Part shown: in pieces, positions 21,565 to 35,515 of the stretch
How positions within the stretch are numbered: the stretch's first letter is position 1
Layout of the letters: each line of letters starts with the position of its first letter
Assembly (NCBI GenBank): GCA_964270895.1
Contig: OZ185435.1
Reading direction: 5' to 3' (one strand)
Length of the DNA: 64,000 bases
Origin: Podarcis filfolensis
Taxonomy: Eukaryota
Translations under genes and position numbers: made by a program
Notes under the pieces: generated by a model
What the model was told of the DNA's origin: nothing
What the model saw: the letters and a program-made list of their open reading frames with translations, nothing else
Database searches by the model: none

Positions 21565-24500
21565 CTATTTGGAAGGGGAAAGTGTCAAGTCAGAGGCTTT
21601 GCATTAGAGGAGCATTTGAAAATAGCTCAAGCTTTTGTGTTATATGAGCCGCAATCCACACGGTAACACTATAGCCTTCCAGCACATGAAATCTAGAAAC
21701 TAGTTGCCCCTTCTAACCAAGGTACATTTGAATGACCAAGCTAAATAGCTTTACAATACATTTAAATTTGTTCAAAACTAGAAAAGAACCCAACATAATT
21801 CCGTCACAATATAGTGAATCTTTTTTCTGAATCACAGTATACTAGAAATAATCCTCATGAATATAGACAGTGGTAAGGAAATGGTTATATGTCTGGTATT
21901 AATACAAGTGGACATAACATTGTAGAGGGGCTTGCAAAATATATACCAGAATGAAATCTCCTGTACCTAGGGTCACTGGGTGCAGCTATTTGGGACTTGC
22001 CATGCTAGTGACAGAGACTGTATAGAACCTATGATGTAGATGTGCTTTCTTTGCATGAACCTGCTTATTTTCTTGGTTTTTTTCCACCCAAGAATAAAAT
22101 GCCTGAATATAAAGGATGGAATGGAAAAGCCATCTAACCAGATTTCCTTCTAGCCCGCCTTCACAGACTGCATCACTCTCCAGGTTATGTGGTTATGTTT
22201 TTAGCAGTGTTGCGACATTTTTGGTAATTTCTATATTGTGTGGCTCAGGCATAAACACGATGCCCTGCCTAATATTTACTTAGAAGCTCTTGGATTCTCC
22301 CAGGTACAGATTAGATAACTTGCCAGATCTTCACAGAGGACAAAGTAAAAGGCAGCAAACAGCAGCCATTCCCTAGATTATTTTCAGTGAAGCTGACTAA
22401 TAACAGCTGTTTCCAAGGCCATCATACTTAAAGGTACATACACAACGTATTTGGAGACAAGTTTATAGTTCAATACATACAGCCTTTAATTTATTACCTA
22501 TACTAATGCTTCACTGAAAATCATGTTTAAATATTTCAGCGTGTACACTTTTGCCTCCCATATTATTCTAAATTCTCAATTCTGCTCCAGCCTCCTCTAG
22601 TTTGGTGTTCTGTAGGCAGCCAAGTAAAACAATTTGCTCACTTTTGCTCCCATAGATGTACAGTATTAAAAAGAAAACTGTTGTATAAACAAGTCTGAAG
22701 AAGCATTCACCAAGCTGGTACCCTCCAGATGTTTTGCACTACGTTTGGAGGACATCAGGCTGGTCTATTAAAAACCATTTACTACAAGTAGCCCCTGCTA
22801 CCCACTCAACAGTGGTCTAAAAAGCAGTAAAGGAGAGCCAGGTTTCTTCCAATTAACAAAAGCTTGCTTGTCTGGTTGTAGCAATTCATATTCCTATTAA
22901 GAGACTACTAGATGAGTGGTTAGCTATAACCCTGAATTTGAATATTGACTTTTGATCATAAATTCAACCTGAAGCATAAGCACTCTCTGTAGAAAATTAA
23001 CTATGTTTATGTCAGTTCAAACCTATCTTTGGCAGGGTGCCACTCAGTTGGTAGCTACTCAGAGTTGTCATAATGTATTGTGCAGAGATCCGAAAACTAG
23101 TCACATACAGCAAAGTTCATGCCTCAAATACGTCAATATTTTGAGTGCATCATTTATTTTCAATATGCAAAACACAGAGATTGCTTTCCAAAGGATTTTC
23201 TAAAGGGTCAGCTTTCATACCTGATCTCTATGCTCCGCTTACAGAATCAGGCCACAATAATGTGAACATTTTAATTAGAAGCAGCAGTGAGCACCCAAGA
23301 ACATCAAGCAGTATTGCTATTTTTAGCTCTGCAGCCAAAGACTTCTTGCCTCAGGTACCGTAAATTCTAAAAGAACAGCATTGTCATTTGAAAGTTGTGT
23401 GTAGTTGCGTAAGCTGTACATGCTGCACAGCTGAAAGCCAGGCTAGTCCTTATAAGAGGGCTACAGCTGCCACTCTCTCTTGTAGCATCGTCCAACACAT
23501 AAAATGCATCACACAAAAAATCACTATGCTAACCCATCTGCCAATGCTGTGAGGCAAAGACCGGGAGATGAGCAACACAATAGGATGCCATGTGTTGTGT
23601 TGGATGCTATAAGGAGGAGTGGTGGTTGCTGCAGGGACGAAGATAGTAAGCCCTCACATACCAATTCACGTGAATAACTAATCAAAATATCTGGGGTCAG
23701 TTGCTTACTTTAACAATCTGGCACTATCTATTCTACACACACCTTTAGCACAGTGGGCACTGCTTGCACATCATGACTTGAAGTGTGTGTGAACGCATCT
23801 GCCCGTGTATGTGAGAAAGAGGGAGAGAGAGAGATTAGGTATCACAGTACACACTTCAATCCTATATACATTTACCTGGAAGCAAGTCTCACTTTTAGCG
23901 GGGCTTACTCCCAGGAAACTATGCACAGAGGGATCCAGGCCATACTCTGCAGACATGCTATTACATTTCCATTCATTTCATGCACAAGGCTTCCACCAGC
24001 CCATCAGAAGCCAGAGCCCAGTCAATCCCACAGCAGTAGCAGCAGCAGCAGCAGTGACAGCTCCTGGCGCCAGGCTAACTTGATGAACTTTGGATCTCCT
24101 TCAGTCATGTGTTATCATGAACTGTAATGTCCTAAAAATACATGAGCAATTTAGTAATACCCATTAAACCACTGTGTAAAACACAGCATTTTTCTAATGT
24201 ATGACATTAGCTCTAGGGTTTATGCACAATTGTTTCCAACCTGCATTAAGACTGCGTTTGAGCTTTAGAGCAATTTATGGAATTGCTTGGAGAACCTTGT
24301 GTTCCATATTATGTCCTAGATCCTTCAGAAACTATTAATTCTTCCCAGCCTTATTTTATATGCTGCACTCAAGCAAAGCCATTAATTCTCTGTTCAGCAA
24401 CTAATTTTCAGAAGCCATATTTTCAGTTGAGCAATGGCCGAAAGGCCTGCAGTGTGGGCTCTGCTTGGACCTACACGAGCAAAATTAAAGCGAATGCGCT

Positions 24501-27500
24501 CTTCAGCATCCTCTTCTCCAGCACAATCTACGTCAGAAACTTTGGCACTCTATGCACCTTCACTGCTCACTGCTATTTCTTTGTGCTTTGGCTTGTACAC
24601 AGGAGTAAACAGTTTAGGTGCACAATGAGATAAAGAGGTCTGCCCAAGTTTATTCTGTTTGTAGTGTAGAAGACATGTGCCTCACCCAGGAAGAAAATGG
24701 CTGACTACACCACAAGAGCACATGGTCCTGTCTGAGACATCCTGGTGACCAGGGGCTGTGCAAGGAGCCAGGCAGAAAACCTTTAGAAACTAAATTTATT
24801 CACTAGGCCACCATTTGTCTATTCACACGTTTAACTTTTAAAGTATAGTCCATGCTATACTTCTTTGTCAAACAGAATATAATTTGCTAGATTTATCTCA
24901 TTGCCACCTAGTCCACAACAGAAACACATCTAATGTTATAGAGTGGTCTAGTATGTTCAAACTCTGACATACTGCATTGTGATTTATTTTACTTTTGTGG
25001 TTGGAAGAGCCAGATGCAACAACTTGCCTGTGTAGTGTTAGTGCATTGGCAAAGACTAAAAGTAGTCAATGCAACCATTTTAGCTACACATTCATGTGCA
25101 CTGCGGTTTCTGTGAAATACAGTTTCGGAATACAATACCAAGCTATGAACCAGAGAGAAAACTAACACCTACTAGCTATCAGAAAGCAAGTACATAGAAG
25201 AATATAAAAAGTAAACAAGTCTTGCCACAACAGATACTGCTGTGGCAAGACTTTCCACAAAGGCGGGATTGGAAAGATGCCCCAAACCTTTATTAGCGAA
25301 ACTAACATTTTACTGACATCCAAAATATCTACCAATTAGAGGAATACGTACATGTGTAAAATGTTGCCTAAAAATATTAGCAACCACATCACAGTTCCCT
25401 CATGTTCGTAGGTGGAAATCTGTCAAATTTCACTAGTATTATATCAGACAGTGAAGAGGTTTCTCAATAATTTCCCACATACTTAAAAAATTATAACAGT
25501 AGAATGATTACTCTTTTTTAATCAGTGTTTCCTTGGGAAGAAAGTTTTTTAAAAGTTTAGGGATCTACTACAAATTATTTAATGGCTTAGGTAATGCCTT
25601 AGATAGGAACATTGGGGCGTATCGTTCACCACTCTATCTGCCATAATTGCTGCATTTTCCACCTCCTCAATTATGAACTGTCTTCCACTGAACACGTAGA
25701 AGACAAGGAGGAAACTAAGACAGGCTGCTTCCTCCAGCCGGGTGCTGCATTTTCACATCACAGTCCTGACACAGTGGCTGCTCAGAGAGGGCGATGTCCA
25801 GGCTCCTAAGTATTGACCAGTTTCAAAATAGGCCTGTACTCTGGAGGCTGTACACTCACGTCAAAAGCATATTTTATAACTGCAATTTCTGAGAATCCCT
25901 GGGGATCTTGTTGCAGTTTAATAAAGGCGAAATTAAAAGATTGGCCTCTTTTGCTCTATTGTTATTCAAGCTGTCAAGCAAACATCAATGACAGGGTGCA
26001 TTTTGCTCTTTTTTTCTGAATTTAAGCTTTCATTAAAAAAAACAAAGCACCTACCTCTCAAATGCATTAAGTCATTTATGGTAGGGGGAATAGAGTTACT
26101 CAGACGTAGCAAACAGGACAGCTCCACTTTATCTGCCCACACTATGCCATGGAGAATTGCACTGTATCATATGAATTTCCAGCTAAGTATACTGTGCTTT
26201 TTGATGTAGCTCTGTCCATTTTTAGCAGTGAGCCTTGCTCACGCTGTATGTCATGATGCCACTGCATTATGTGGGTGGCATTGCAGCCAAGAAAGTTATC
26301 ATGGTGTGAACTGCAAACAGGGATGTTCTCTGAAGGGTTTTGAACAAGATAGTTATAAAAACATTATCAGAAGTCAGAACCATTAGTAAATGTAAATCAT
26401 GAGTTTGTATTCCCAAACCTGAGAACCACTACATTGTTCTCTCCTATGGAGAATATAGGTTCTTCACTTGAACAGAAGAATTTAGCTTCCTCCCCATGCC
26501 ACTCCAAAATTCTAATCAGAACACAAACGTTTCGAAGCATGGGACTATATTTCCTTAGTTTCCAGGCTGTTATGTTCTTGATTAGTTACAATAGTCACTT
26601 AAAGTTGACTTTTTAGGCTCTGCACTTCAGGCCATTTGTGTTTGACAAAGACATACTGTAGGTTTTGAAGAGATTGTAAATTTTATCACTGCCTGTTATG
26701 TAACTGAAGAATAAATGAGACAGTCAGAAGCAACATCAGCCTCGGCCACTGGATCATCAACCTAAGCATATCTCCTTCATTTCTATTTTTTTCTCTCCAA
26801 CTGCTTGATGAAGAATATTTTGCTTGCAAACCATTTTGAATAACTAGCTGGTGCAATAAAATATGCCATTTTAAATCATGCTGTGTGAAAAACAAAGCCA
26901 CCAACTCTCTGATCTCATACAGCGATGACATGGAAATTTCCCACTACTCTGTAAAATACTGAAAATCTCTCCAGAACAAGCAATCTTGCTATGCTGATCA
27001 GTAAATGTGCCTCCGGTGTGCCCTTTTTCTTTCAAGAGTTCAATGACAGAAATAAACGCCTTATCTTTCAGAAGCCTATTTGCTGCATAATGCTGAACAT
27101 GCTAATATGCCGCTTTCTTTCCTAGCTTATTCACCTCCTTTTCAAGCCTATTCATTTTTATTACACAGATGCTCTAACAAGTTAACATTACTACATAATT
27201 TATCTCGTACAGGTCAAGAGCAGGCGTATTTCCCCAGAAACCAAATGTGACAAAAGAAGATAACCAACCAGCAGGCATTGCAGATGGAGGAAGAGAAAGT
27301 AAAGCAACAGGAAGAACTAGTTTAGTATCTCTATTTCAGACCTTGAAAATATTTGAAACAATTCAAAACAGCACCTTTTCAAGGTGCTATGAAGAAACTA
27401 ATTATGGAGAACAAATAAAAAAAAATCAGTTTAATACCACTGCACCTGCAACCAAGGAGAAGGAAGAGAAGGCCTCAAAGGATATTATTATTTCAGGGCC

Positions 27501-30500
27501 TCAAAAGATAAGGCTATTTCATCCTTTGATTTCCTACCCCCCACCCAGTCTTAAGTATGTTTACATGGAAGAAGTTAAGACATACAAGAGCAAGGTCTGA
27601 TTGCCCACTCTCCAAATCACACACACAATCACTTAGTTATTTCATAGTTTGTGGCAAAGGTTTCACAGGATATAGGGGTGTGCATCAGTTTCAGAAAAAT
27701 GGTGAAGCCAAGTGGGATGTCTGGGAGGAGGTATCCAGTACAAAAGCCCCTGGATGTGCTAGTCTACTATGGATGAGTTGCTATGACTGCAAATTTCACC
27801 TACTTCTATCAAAAGGGGCCAAATTAGAGCCATTTGAATTCCCAATCTTGGAAGGGTGGGGGGCAAATGGAACTGATTCACTCTCCTGAGCCAAACTGAG
27901 TTGTTTTATAAAGTGCCAAGCTTTGGGATTCAAACCAAATATTATGGTTGGTGCACACTCCTAACAGGAAGTAACTAAAAAAGAAGATTCCATGGGGTCT
28001 CTAATTATCTGTGGCCTTTTAGAAGTGGGTGGGATATTTAAAATTTTAATCATCCGCTTGCTTTTTATGTATCTATTGGGAGAGTTGGGCTATAAATCAG
28101 TTTGAGTTGCCTTGGGCAAGATAAAGTGACTAACAAATTCAATAAATAACAACAACGTATGAGCTTGAGGCTCCATCTCCAACACCAAACAATGGTTTGT
28201 TTGTTATATGTGAACTGACCCCACTGTTATAACAGAATTTACTTCAGTAAGACTATTTAAAATTGCAATCTACTAAGGAGATCCACATATAGAAGCAGGC
28301 TTTCCAGAGCAGATTTCTTTGCTGGATGAGGATTGTGCATGCAACAAGGAACTGGATGTTCAGATATTCTTGCTGAATGCCCACATCCATTAATGAAGGC
28401 TATGCATTATGGAATGTGAATTGTGTACACAGTGCCCAACTCATATGCAGCACAGATGGAATGTGGATAGGCACCAAACACATGCAAGCTCTATCAGCAC
28501 TGTAGAGTGGGAAAGATCCTGAGATTTTCCATTCATCTAGGGATGAAATCAAGGCAGCACATCCCCATCCATTACCTGAGACAACAGTACATGATCATTA
28601 CTCAACATGATCGTTACTCAACACTAAACAGAGAATAGTCTTAAAACTCATGATGCAGCTGAAACTAAGCAAGCCTGGCCCTGTAAACTGGGAGGCTGCC
28701 CAGGAACCACATGCAATTTGCTCTTTGAGGAGTAGAGCATAAGCGAAATAAAGACAACTTCTTGGGTGCGACACCTTACTTACAGCACAATCCTCCGTAT
28801 TAATTCCAAAGTGAATTCTACGGTTTTTCCACAGGGCTTATTCAGGGGAACATGTGGTTAGACTTGCAGCTTTAAAGGTTTATTCAGAAGGTGTTGTCGC
28901 AGAACAAAGCTGCTGCAACAATTAAGTATTTTCCTCAATAAATTCTGAAAGTTAACCGCGGGGGTAGGGAGAGTTCTGCTTCACTAGGAGAAGGAAAGAG
29001 TCAAACGTATTTGCTGGATTTAGTTAATGAACTCTCAGAATGGTTCTGCCAAATGAAACACATTTCCTTCTACTTCTCAAATAAGCGTGCATGTCAGAAT
29101 TCTGGCAATATTTGAGTCGTGTGCGTTCAACAGCACAGGACCAAAACATACAGTTCAGACACTACTTTTTGCTCACACCCTCGTCTAGCAATCCTTTCTA
29201 AAGGATCATGCTCTGGCTTATTACCATAGGAACGAAGTAATATGAAAATGCACATAATGAACCCTGATGCTCTTTTTGTGTAAGGAAAAGCAACTTCAGA
29301 TGGAGAAAGTCTTGTGCAGAGATGCAACAGGGTGGGTTTACTCTTTCATTATCAACTATTTTTTTCTTTCTAACTCAACACTTGAGCTGCTTTCCCCCCT
29401 CTGTGGGGTTCCAGGAATAAATTTATGGTGGTAAATATGCTTCTAGAGCATTTATATGCAACACATAGTCTACTCTTTAAGCTACCTGATCATTGACATA
29501 CTAAGACAGCCTTGTAACTAAGTCCACTGGAGTTAATAGCCTGTAAAGTAAAACCACTACTAGCCTGCTAAAAAGCTAGTAGGCTGTGTTGTTATGCTGC
29601 TCAGAGGAATAAAAGCCTCTTCCCCAGTGGTGAGAACAGAAATGAAGTGGGTTGGTGGTGCCTGGACAGAGCAATCCATCCCTCTTTAGCCAGACAACTA
29701 ATTAGCCGCATGGAATTCCTTGTTGCCTATGGTCACAAGGCAAGTTGTTAAGATACAAGGCTGACATAGAAGCTTTGCATGTTTGCTGGTCCTTTCAATG
29801 GGGTTGTTTACATAAACACTTTAAGGAAACAGGATTGCCTCTGCAATCTCAACCAGCTGCAGTTAGAATTACTGGGGTCAACTTCTACAGAATTCTTATT
29901 TTGCCTAGCTGGTAAAGAAATAAGGCTATATAAATAGAACTGGAGAAATGTTTTATGCAAGCATGGCCTCAACTGGTAAGCAACAGGGATGTTCAAAAGG
30001 AAAACCAGCAGACAGTATGCAGGATCAGCCACAAGATACAAATAGCCCTTGTAATGCCATCATCTTTACACTCTTCAGATTCTGCAGGATTGAATAAGAA
30101 AGCCCATGAAGTCATCTATGTACCATGATTAGCTAACAGAGTGAAAGGGAGGGTAAGTCCTATAAGAAACTGCTGAGGCCCAAATTCCCTACAGCTTTAA
30201 TAGGCTGCTAGCTTGAGAGGGGCTCATCGAGCCTGCCACACCCTTGTTGCAGACCTAGCACTTCATCAGTCTAATGGTTTCCTATTAATTTGTCCAGGCC
30301 TGCTGCTAGTGATGCTGGTTAGAGTTGGGCCTTAGTGTTGCTGTTTTTATAATAGGTGCATGATTTTATTTTGTTTTGTTTTTTATATAACCATATATCC
30401 TGCAGTGTGTGCTGTATTGTAAGCCTCTCTTCTAGATGACGGACAGGGTATCAGCTCAAAGAAAGGACTTTGCTGCTCTCTCTTTCTGGTTCTTGGCTTG

Positions 30501-32206
30501 TTACTTTTCATGCAGATTACCTCCTTCCCTGAAGCAAGCAGCTGCCTTTTCCACAGGTGAGTGTAAGAGTGTCAATCATTGTCTCCAAGTCTAACCTACA
30601 TCACATGGGTGCTGTGAGGATAAAATAGGGAGAGGAAGAACCATGTGTGTTACACTGAGCTCCTTGGGAGCAAGGTGGGATTTAAATAAATGTAATAAAT
30701 ATGCAAAAATAAAAAGTGACAGAAAGGCCCCACAGCGGGTCACCTAGTGAGCTCACAGATGAGGTGAAATATGAACTGCAATTTCCTGGCTGCCATGAAA
30801 GTGAACTGCAATTTCCTGGCTCACAGCGCACATACTTGAGTGTTTCAGTATCCACATGACAAAAGCTGGTCACTGTAGCACCCAACAGAGTGAGACGGAA
30901 TTTGGAAATCTCTGAAAAAAATGGCCACAAATCTGATCTTGGCTGCTTCAGATCTTATCACATCGTTTCATTGACATATGGTTGCTGTACCAGTTGCAGC
31001 AGTTTAATTTTCTGAGATGTGTGATCTGAACAGGATTTTCTTACTGCAAATCACTTAAGATGTGCAAACTATAGTCTATTCTATTGTGCAGAACTGGCTG
31101 TAGGAAAGAGTGATGAGCACAGCATGGACAACTGCACAATCTTTTCTTGAAAAGGACATTTCATTCTGTAGTGGAGCAGAGAGAAACAAGAGTAACACAA
31201 AAGGAAACAAAAGGAAACAAATAGCTCTGGAACATTACTGATCAACTTAGATTTCTTCATTATATGACCTTGACAGAATGGGAATTTTGGAAGTCTTGAG
31301 GAAGAATGCAGAGCTAAAGGCTTACAAATGCAAAATATGTTTATGCTATTTTTGTGATATACAAATGACATGAAAAACTTGGTATACTTATTTGTAAAAC
31401 ATTCTTGTTTATAAAACCCAATTAAAAATGCAAAATATGTAACTAACTGTGACACCTTTGTTGTATGACAACAAACACTAGAGTCACTGGAAAGGAAAAG
31501 ATATCACTTTGGATCAGCTGGTATTGCTCCCTTTAAAAAAGAAGAAAATGTTCTTTAACTGGTTTCCCAATTATGTAACAGCCTATAGCAGAGCAAATTA
31601 TTAATGTGCCCTGCTGCTGGCTTCAGAATAGTACACTAACAGTAGGTGTTCTAGAACGGACACCACAAAGCCACTGTCTCCCATTTTGAAGGATTTAGGC
31701 ACTAAAGAAGTGACATGTTAGCTGACGAATGGTTAGTGTTTCTATCAGTCAAGAAACCAAAAGCAACTGTCAGGTTTTCCTAGCAGCTTATGACAAAAAG
31801 TATTATGAGCCCATCAAAACAGGGGGCACAGGGCAAATAACAACTGTCTCAACAGCTCCCTGTTTTTGGTGACAGCCCAGGGCAGGTACTTGACGTGCGG
31901 AAGGTAGTGAAGCTACCTATCCAGAAACACTCCTCTCCACAAGGATCCCCCCCAACCGCAGCACTTTTGGGTGGCGACGTGCAGACGTGTGTTCCTTCAT
32001 GTGATGTTCCCTTAGAGTTGCTCCAGAATGGCTCCTTCCTCGCCGCTCACACATCCCTCCCCCCCCCTCCCGGCGCGCACAGCAGGAGTAAGGTATCTTT
32101 AAGTGGATGCGTGACAATCGGGAATTCAACAGGTGCAGCTTCCCCCACCCAGTAATAACTCAATCGGCTGAACTTCAGGCAGATGTTAGAAAGCACATGA
32201 ACCTTT

Positions 32207-32208
<2 letters not shown>

Positions 32209-32254
<46 letters not shown>
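32209..32254. repeat. (AG)n microsatellite, ~23 units
   Basis: Direct reading. Confidence 0.97.
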
Positions 32255-32257
<3 letters not shown>

Positions 32258-32379
32258 TCCTGCTTCCCAGCTACCTAGCTGGGAAGCAGAAGGCTTTGCA
32301 ACTCTCTCTCCCGCTTGGCGTGTGTTTGCATTGGCGTTAGTACGTGCGTGTGTGTGTGTGTGTGAATGTTAGTTAACGC

Positions 32380-33440
32380 TGGCTGGCCTCCCACCACGCC
32401 GTCCTACCTGTTGTTGCGGACGCTGCTAAGCACGCAGAGTACGAGCTCCAGGTAGGTCCTCAGCAGCTCCAGCCAGCGAGGGCAGAGCTGCGCTTCTCCC
32501 TCCGCCGCGGCCGCCGCGGCCGCCGCTTCCTCGCACACCCCGCTGGCGCCTCCTCCTCCTCCGGCTCCTGCTCCGCCGCCTCCGGCTCCTCCGCTGGGGT
32601 AGTTGTCGGCGGCGAACTGGACGCGGAGCTCGCGCACGAACCAGCCGCACTTGCGCATGAGGAAGTCGAGGCGCGGGCGCTCGGCCGGGCAGACGCGCAG
32701 GCTGAGGCGCAGCCGGGGCCACAGGGCCGGGTAGAAGAGGCACTCTCGCCAGTGCGAGCAGGCGGCCGAGGCCCGGAGCCGGTCCGGGGCGGCCAGGAAC
32801 GAGAAGATGTGGACCACCAGCTCGCTGGGCAGGGAGCCGGCGCCCACCGGCCCCCCACACACCGACGACATGGCCGGCCCAGCCGCCGGCGGCCGCAGCC
32901 CCGAGCCCGGCCTCGGCCTCCCCTCCGGCTCCTGCGACAGAAACAACAACATCAATGACAAGGCGGAGGGAGGCGGGGCGGGACCGGACGGGACTCTGCT
33001 GCTGCTGCCGCCGCTGCCGCCGCCGCCGGAGCCAACCACTGCTCGCAGCCGCAGGGGGAAGGCGAGATGTACCATTGGGCTCCCGGGTTGGGTTGTCGGG
33101 GCGGGATGGAACGCACCAACGCGCCGAAAGGGAGGGAGAGGCGGAAGCGGAGCGTACCAAAGTGCGCTCAGCCGGCGGGGGTGGCGGGGAACTGTTGCTC
33201 TCATGACTCAGCGCGCGGAGAAGGGCTGGCGTGGCTGATGGATGCCACCTAACGAAAGTTTCGCGGAGGAGGGGGAGCGCGGCGCGATAGCCGACCTGGA
33301 TTTTTCCTTTGCAAGGCCGCGGGGACGCTTAGAAGAACAACGGGAGGCGCTGCCGCCTAGGAGCGCCTGCACAAAGTCCCCCGCGCGGCGAGGAAGACGC
33401 CCGGTGTTTCTGCATCTTTCCAAAATTCGAATATCGCCCT
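32380..33440. promoter_or_regulatory. CpG island / FBXO33 promoter and exon 1
   Basis: Abrupt GC- and CpG-rich block against an AT-rich background; boundaries approximate. Confidence 0.85.
32408..32952 (-). CDS. FBXO33: FBXO33 exon 1 (MLLFLS...; F-box LPSELVVHIFSFL...W)
   Basis: ATG at 32952 gives MLLFLS, the N-terminus recalled for human FBXO33; F-box motif; donor AG|GTAG at 32407; inside ORF 32404..33204. Confidence 0.93.
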
Positions 33441-33670
33441 CCTGTTAAAATGAAGCAGTTTATTCCAGGATAATTTTAAGGGCTGGAATAGGCAAGCACC
33501 TAAGTGAAGTTTATTTTTTATTTTTCCTTGCCAGATAAGAGCAGAGGGAAAATATTCTCCCTGTCCTCTTTCATTTGTATCAGAGGCATGAGCATGACTA
33601 GTGTGCAAAATAACAATTTTGTTCACAGTGCTGGTGCTGACCTTCAAACCCCAAAATGGCCTCACCTTGT

Positions 33671-33946
33671 ATACACAAAGGAGTGTCTCCATCTGGACAC
33701 TGAGGTCCAGCTCCCAGGGCAGCCTGATGGTTCCCTCACTGTGAGAAGTTACAGGGAATCAGGCAGGGGGGCCTTTTCGGGAGTGGTGCCCTCCCATCAG
33801 ATGTCAAGGAAATAAAGAACTATTTGACTTTTAGAAGACATCTGTAGGCAGCCCTGTTTAGGGCTGTTTTTAATGTTGATGTTTTGTTGTGTTTTTGAAT
33901 CTGCCCACAGTGGCTGGGGCAACCCAGTCAGATGGGCGGCATATAA
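33671..33946 (+). mobile_element. L2-clade LINE 3' fragment
   Basis: Colinear with 60408-60764 (AGAAGACATCTG.AGGCAGCCCTGTT; CAGATGGGCGG). Confidence 0.78.
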
Positions 33947-35371
33947 TTCTACCGCTTTGTGGCCAGAAAGGTGAACAGAGTGCTCTAGATGGAAGGAACC
34001 AAAGGCCACTTTGGCAGCCCTTAGCTGAAGAGCAGAACCATTTCCTGGCCATCTTCCCACAGAATATAAATCACGCGTCCTCTCACACAATCTGTGACTC
34101 TCCAACTTTCAGCTCCCATCATCTCCAGTCAGCATGACAAATGGTCAGGCACGATGAGAGTTGCAACCCAGGGACATCTGTGTCTCAGGTTCTTCCACTC
34201 CTACACTTACATGACACCATGATCTTGGGCAGAAAACCCTAGCACACCGCTAGCAGTATCATTTGTCAGCTGCCAGTTCCCAAAATCCTGTCACTTTCTT
34301 TTGTGACCAAGAAATAAACCAGGCTGCCAACGTGCAATTGAAAGAACACAGCGATGCGGGGGGTCACCAGGAGCATGGAAGAGAGGAAGGGATTTCAGCT
34401 CAGTGGTATTCCCAAGTGACTCCTTAACTTTCTCCCATATAAATGAATAGTTGCCATTCATTCCCTGTGTAGAAAAAGGAACTGTTGAATTTAGGAATGC
34501 TGCTGCACTGAAGGTAAAGCCAGCCATCCACAAGTGACGTGGTGAATGGCTTTTAGTGACATGGGTTTGGCAGGAATTTATAGTATGTTTCTTGGATATG
34601 GAAGCCTACCCTTTGCAGCACTTGCCATAATGATAGGCAGTTTTGTGATGGTAGTAATGATTACAGTATGGATGATGGTGGTGCTTTTTTATTTCCTTTT
34701 GCAATTATGAAAGCATACTACCTAAACACACTTTCATAAACAAGCGTTCACATAACATCCATTTACCTTTAATGGCTGCAGTCCTAAACGTACCTGCTTA
34801 GGAGTAAACCCCATTTCACTAATAAGGACCTACTTCTAAGCTAGCATGTACAGGATCAGGCTTATGCATGGCCACTTTAGATACAACATTGTTTCCAAAT
34901 ATAGAGTGTTATTTGCTCAGTGCTGATGTCACTGCTCAGGCACAACTGAACTGTGAGTTCATAATTCACAAGTACACACAGTCAAAATATGCTGAGTTGA
35001 TGTCATGGTGCAATGTCTCCACCATATGCAAGAGCACAGGCACTTTTCTAAGGTTTCTGGCAACACAGCTTATAGATACAATGCTTTAATACGGGCTTTT
35101 GTGCTGTTACAAAGTATGTGTCTGAAACCACACGTGTGCCCAGCACTTGTGTATTCATACACTACCAAGAGGTTTAGGATCTTTTGCTAGAGTTACGACA
35201 TGCGTCTATCAGGAATACGTTTGCATATTCCTGAATAACCTTATTCCATGAATAACCTTATGCCCACAAGAAATTCTTAAACGAATGGAATAAAGGTTGG
35301 TGTATTTTATGAAATTAAATTGGGAGAATATATTAATGCCAATTAAGAAAGCAAAATTTATGCAAGCAGCA

Positions 35372-35515
35372 CACTGCTTTTTTCTAAAAAAAATGTTCAG
35401 GGGTACTCTCATTTTCCTACTCATATTGTAATACTGCCCATCAATGAGGCCAAACTTAGATTCACAAAATGTTTAGGGGTATGCATACCTCTGCATCCCC
35501 CCAGAAAAAAGCACC
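35372..35515. mobile_element. hAT-type MITE related to 1844/4226 with a different interior
   Basis: Shares AAAATGTT.AGGGGTACTCTCATTTT and GATTCACAAAATGTTTAGGGGTATGC ends; no clear TSD. Confidence 0.7.

Noticed and set aside
21955-22025. Weak resemblance to the LF-SINE head (GGTCACTGG...TAGTGAC)
   Set aside because: Too short and degenerate to call without a profile search.
23783-24127. ORFs with poly-Ser/poly-Ala
   Set aside because: Generated by a short intronic (CAG)n tract; no splice or homology support.
32426-33448. Several long overlapping ORFs on both strands
   Set aside because: Shadow frames of the GC-rich FBXO33 exon 1 and CpG island, where stop codons are rare.
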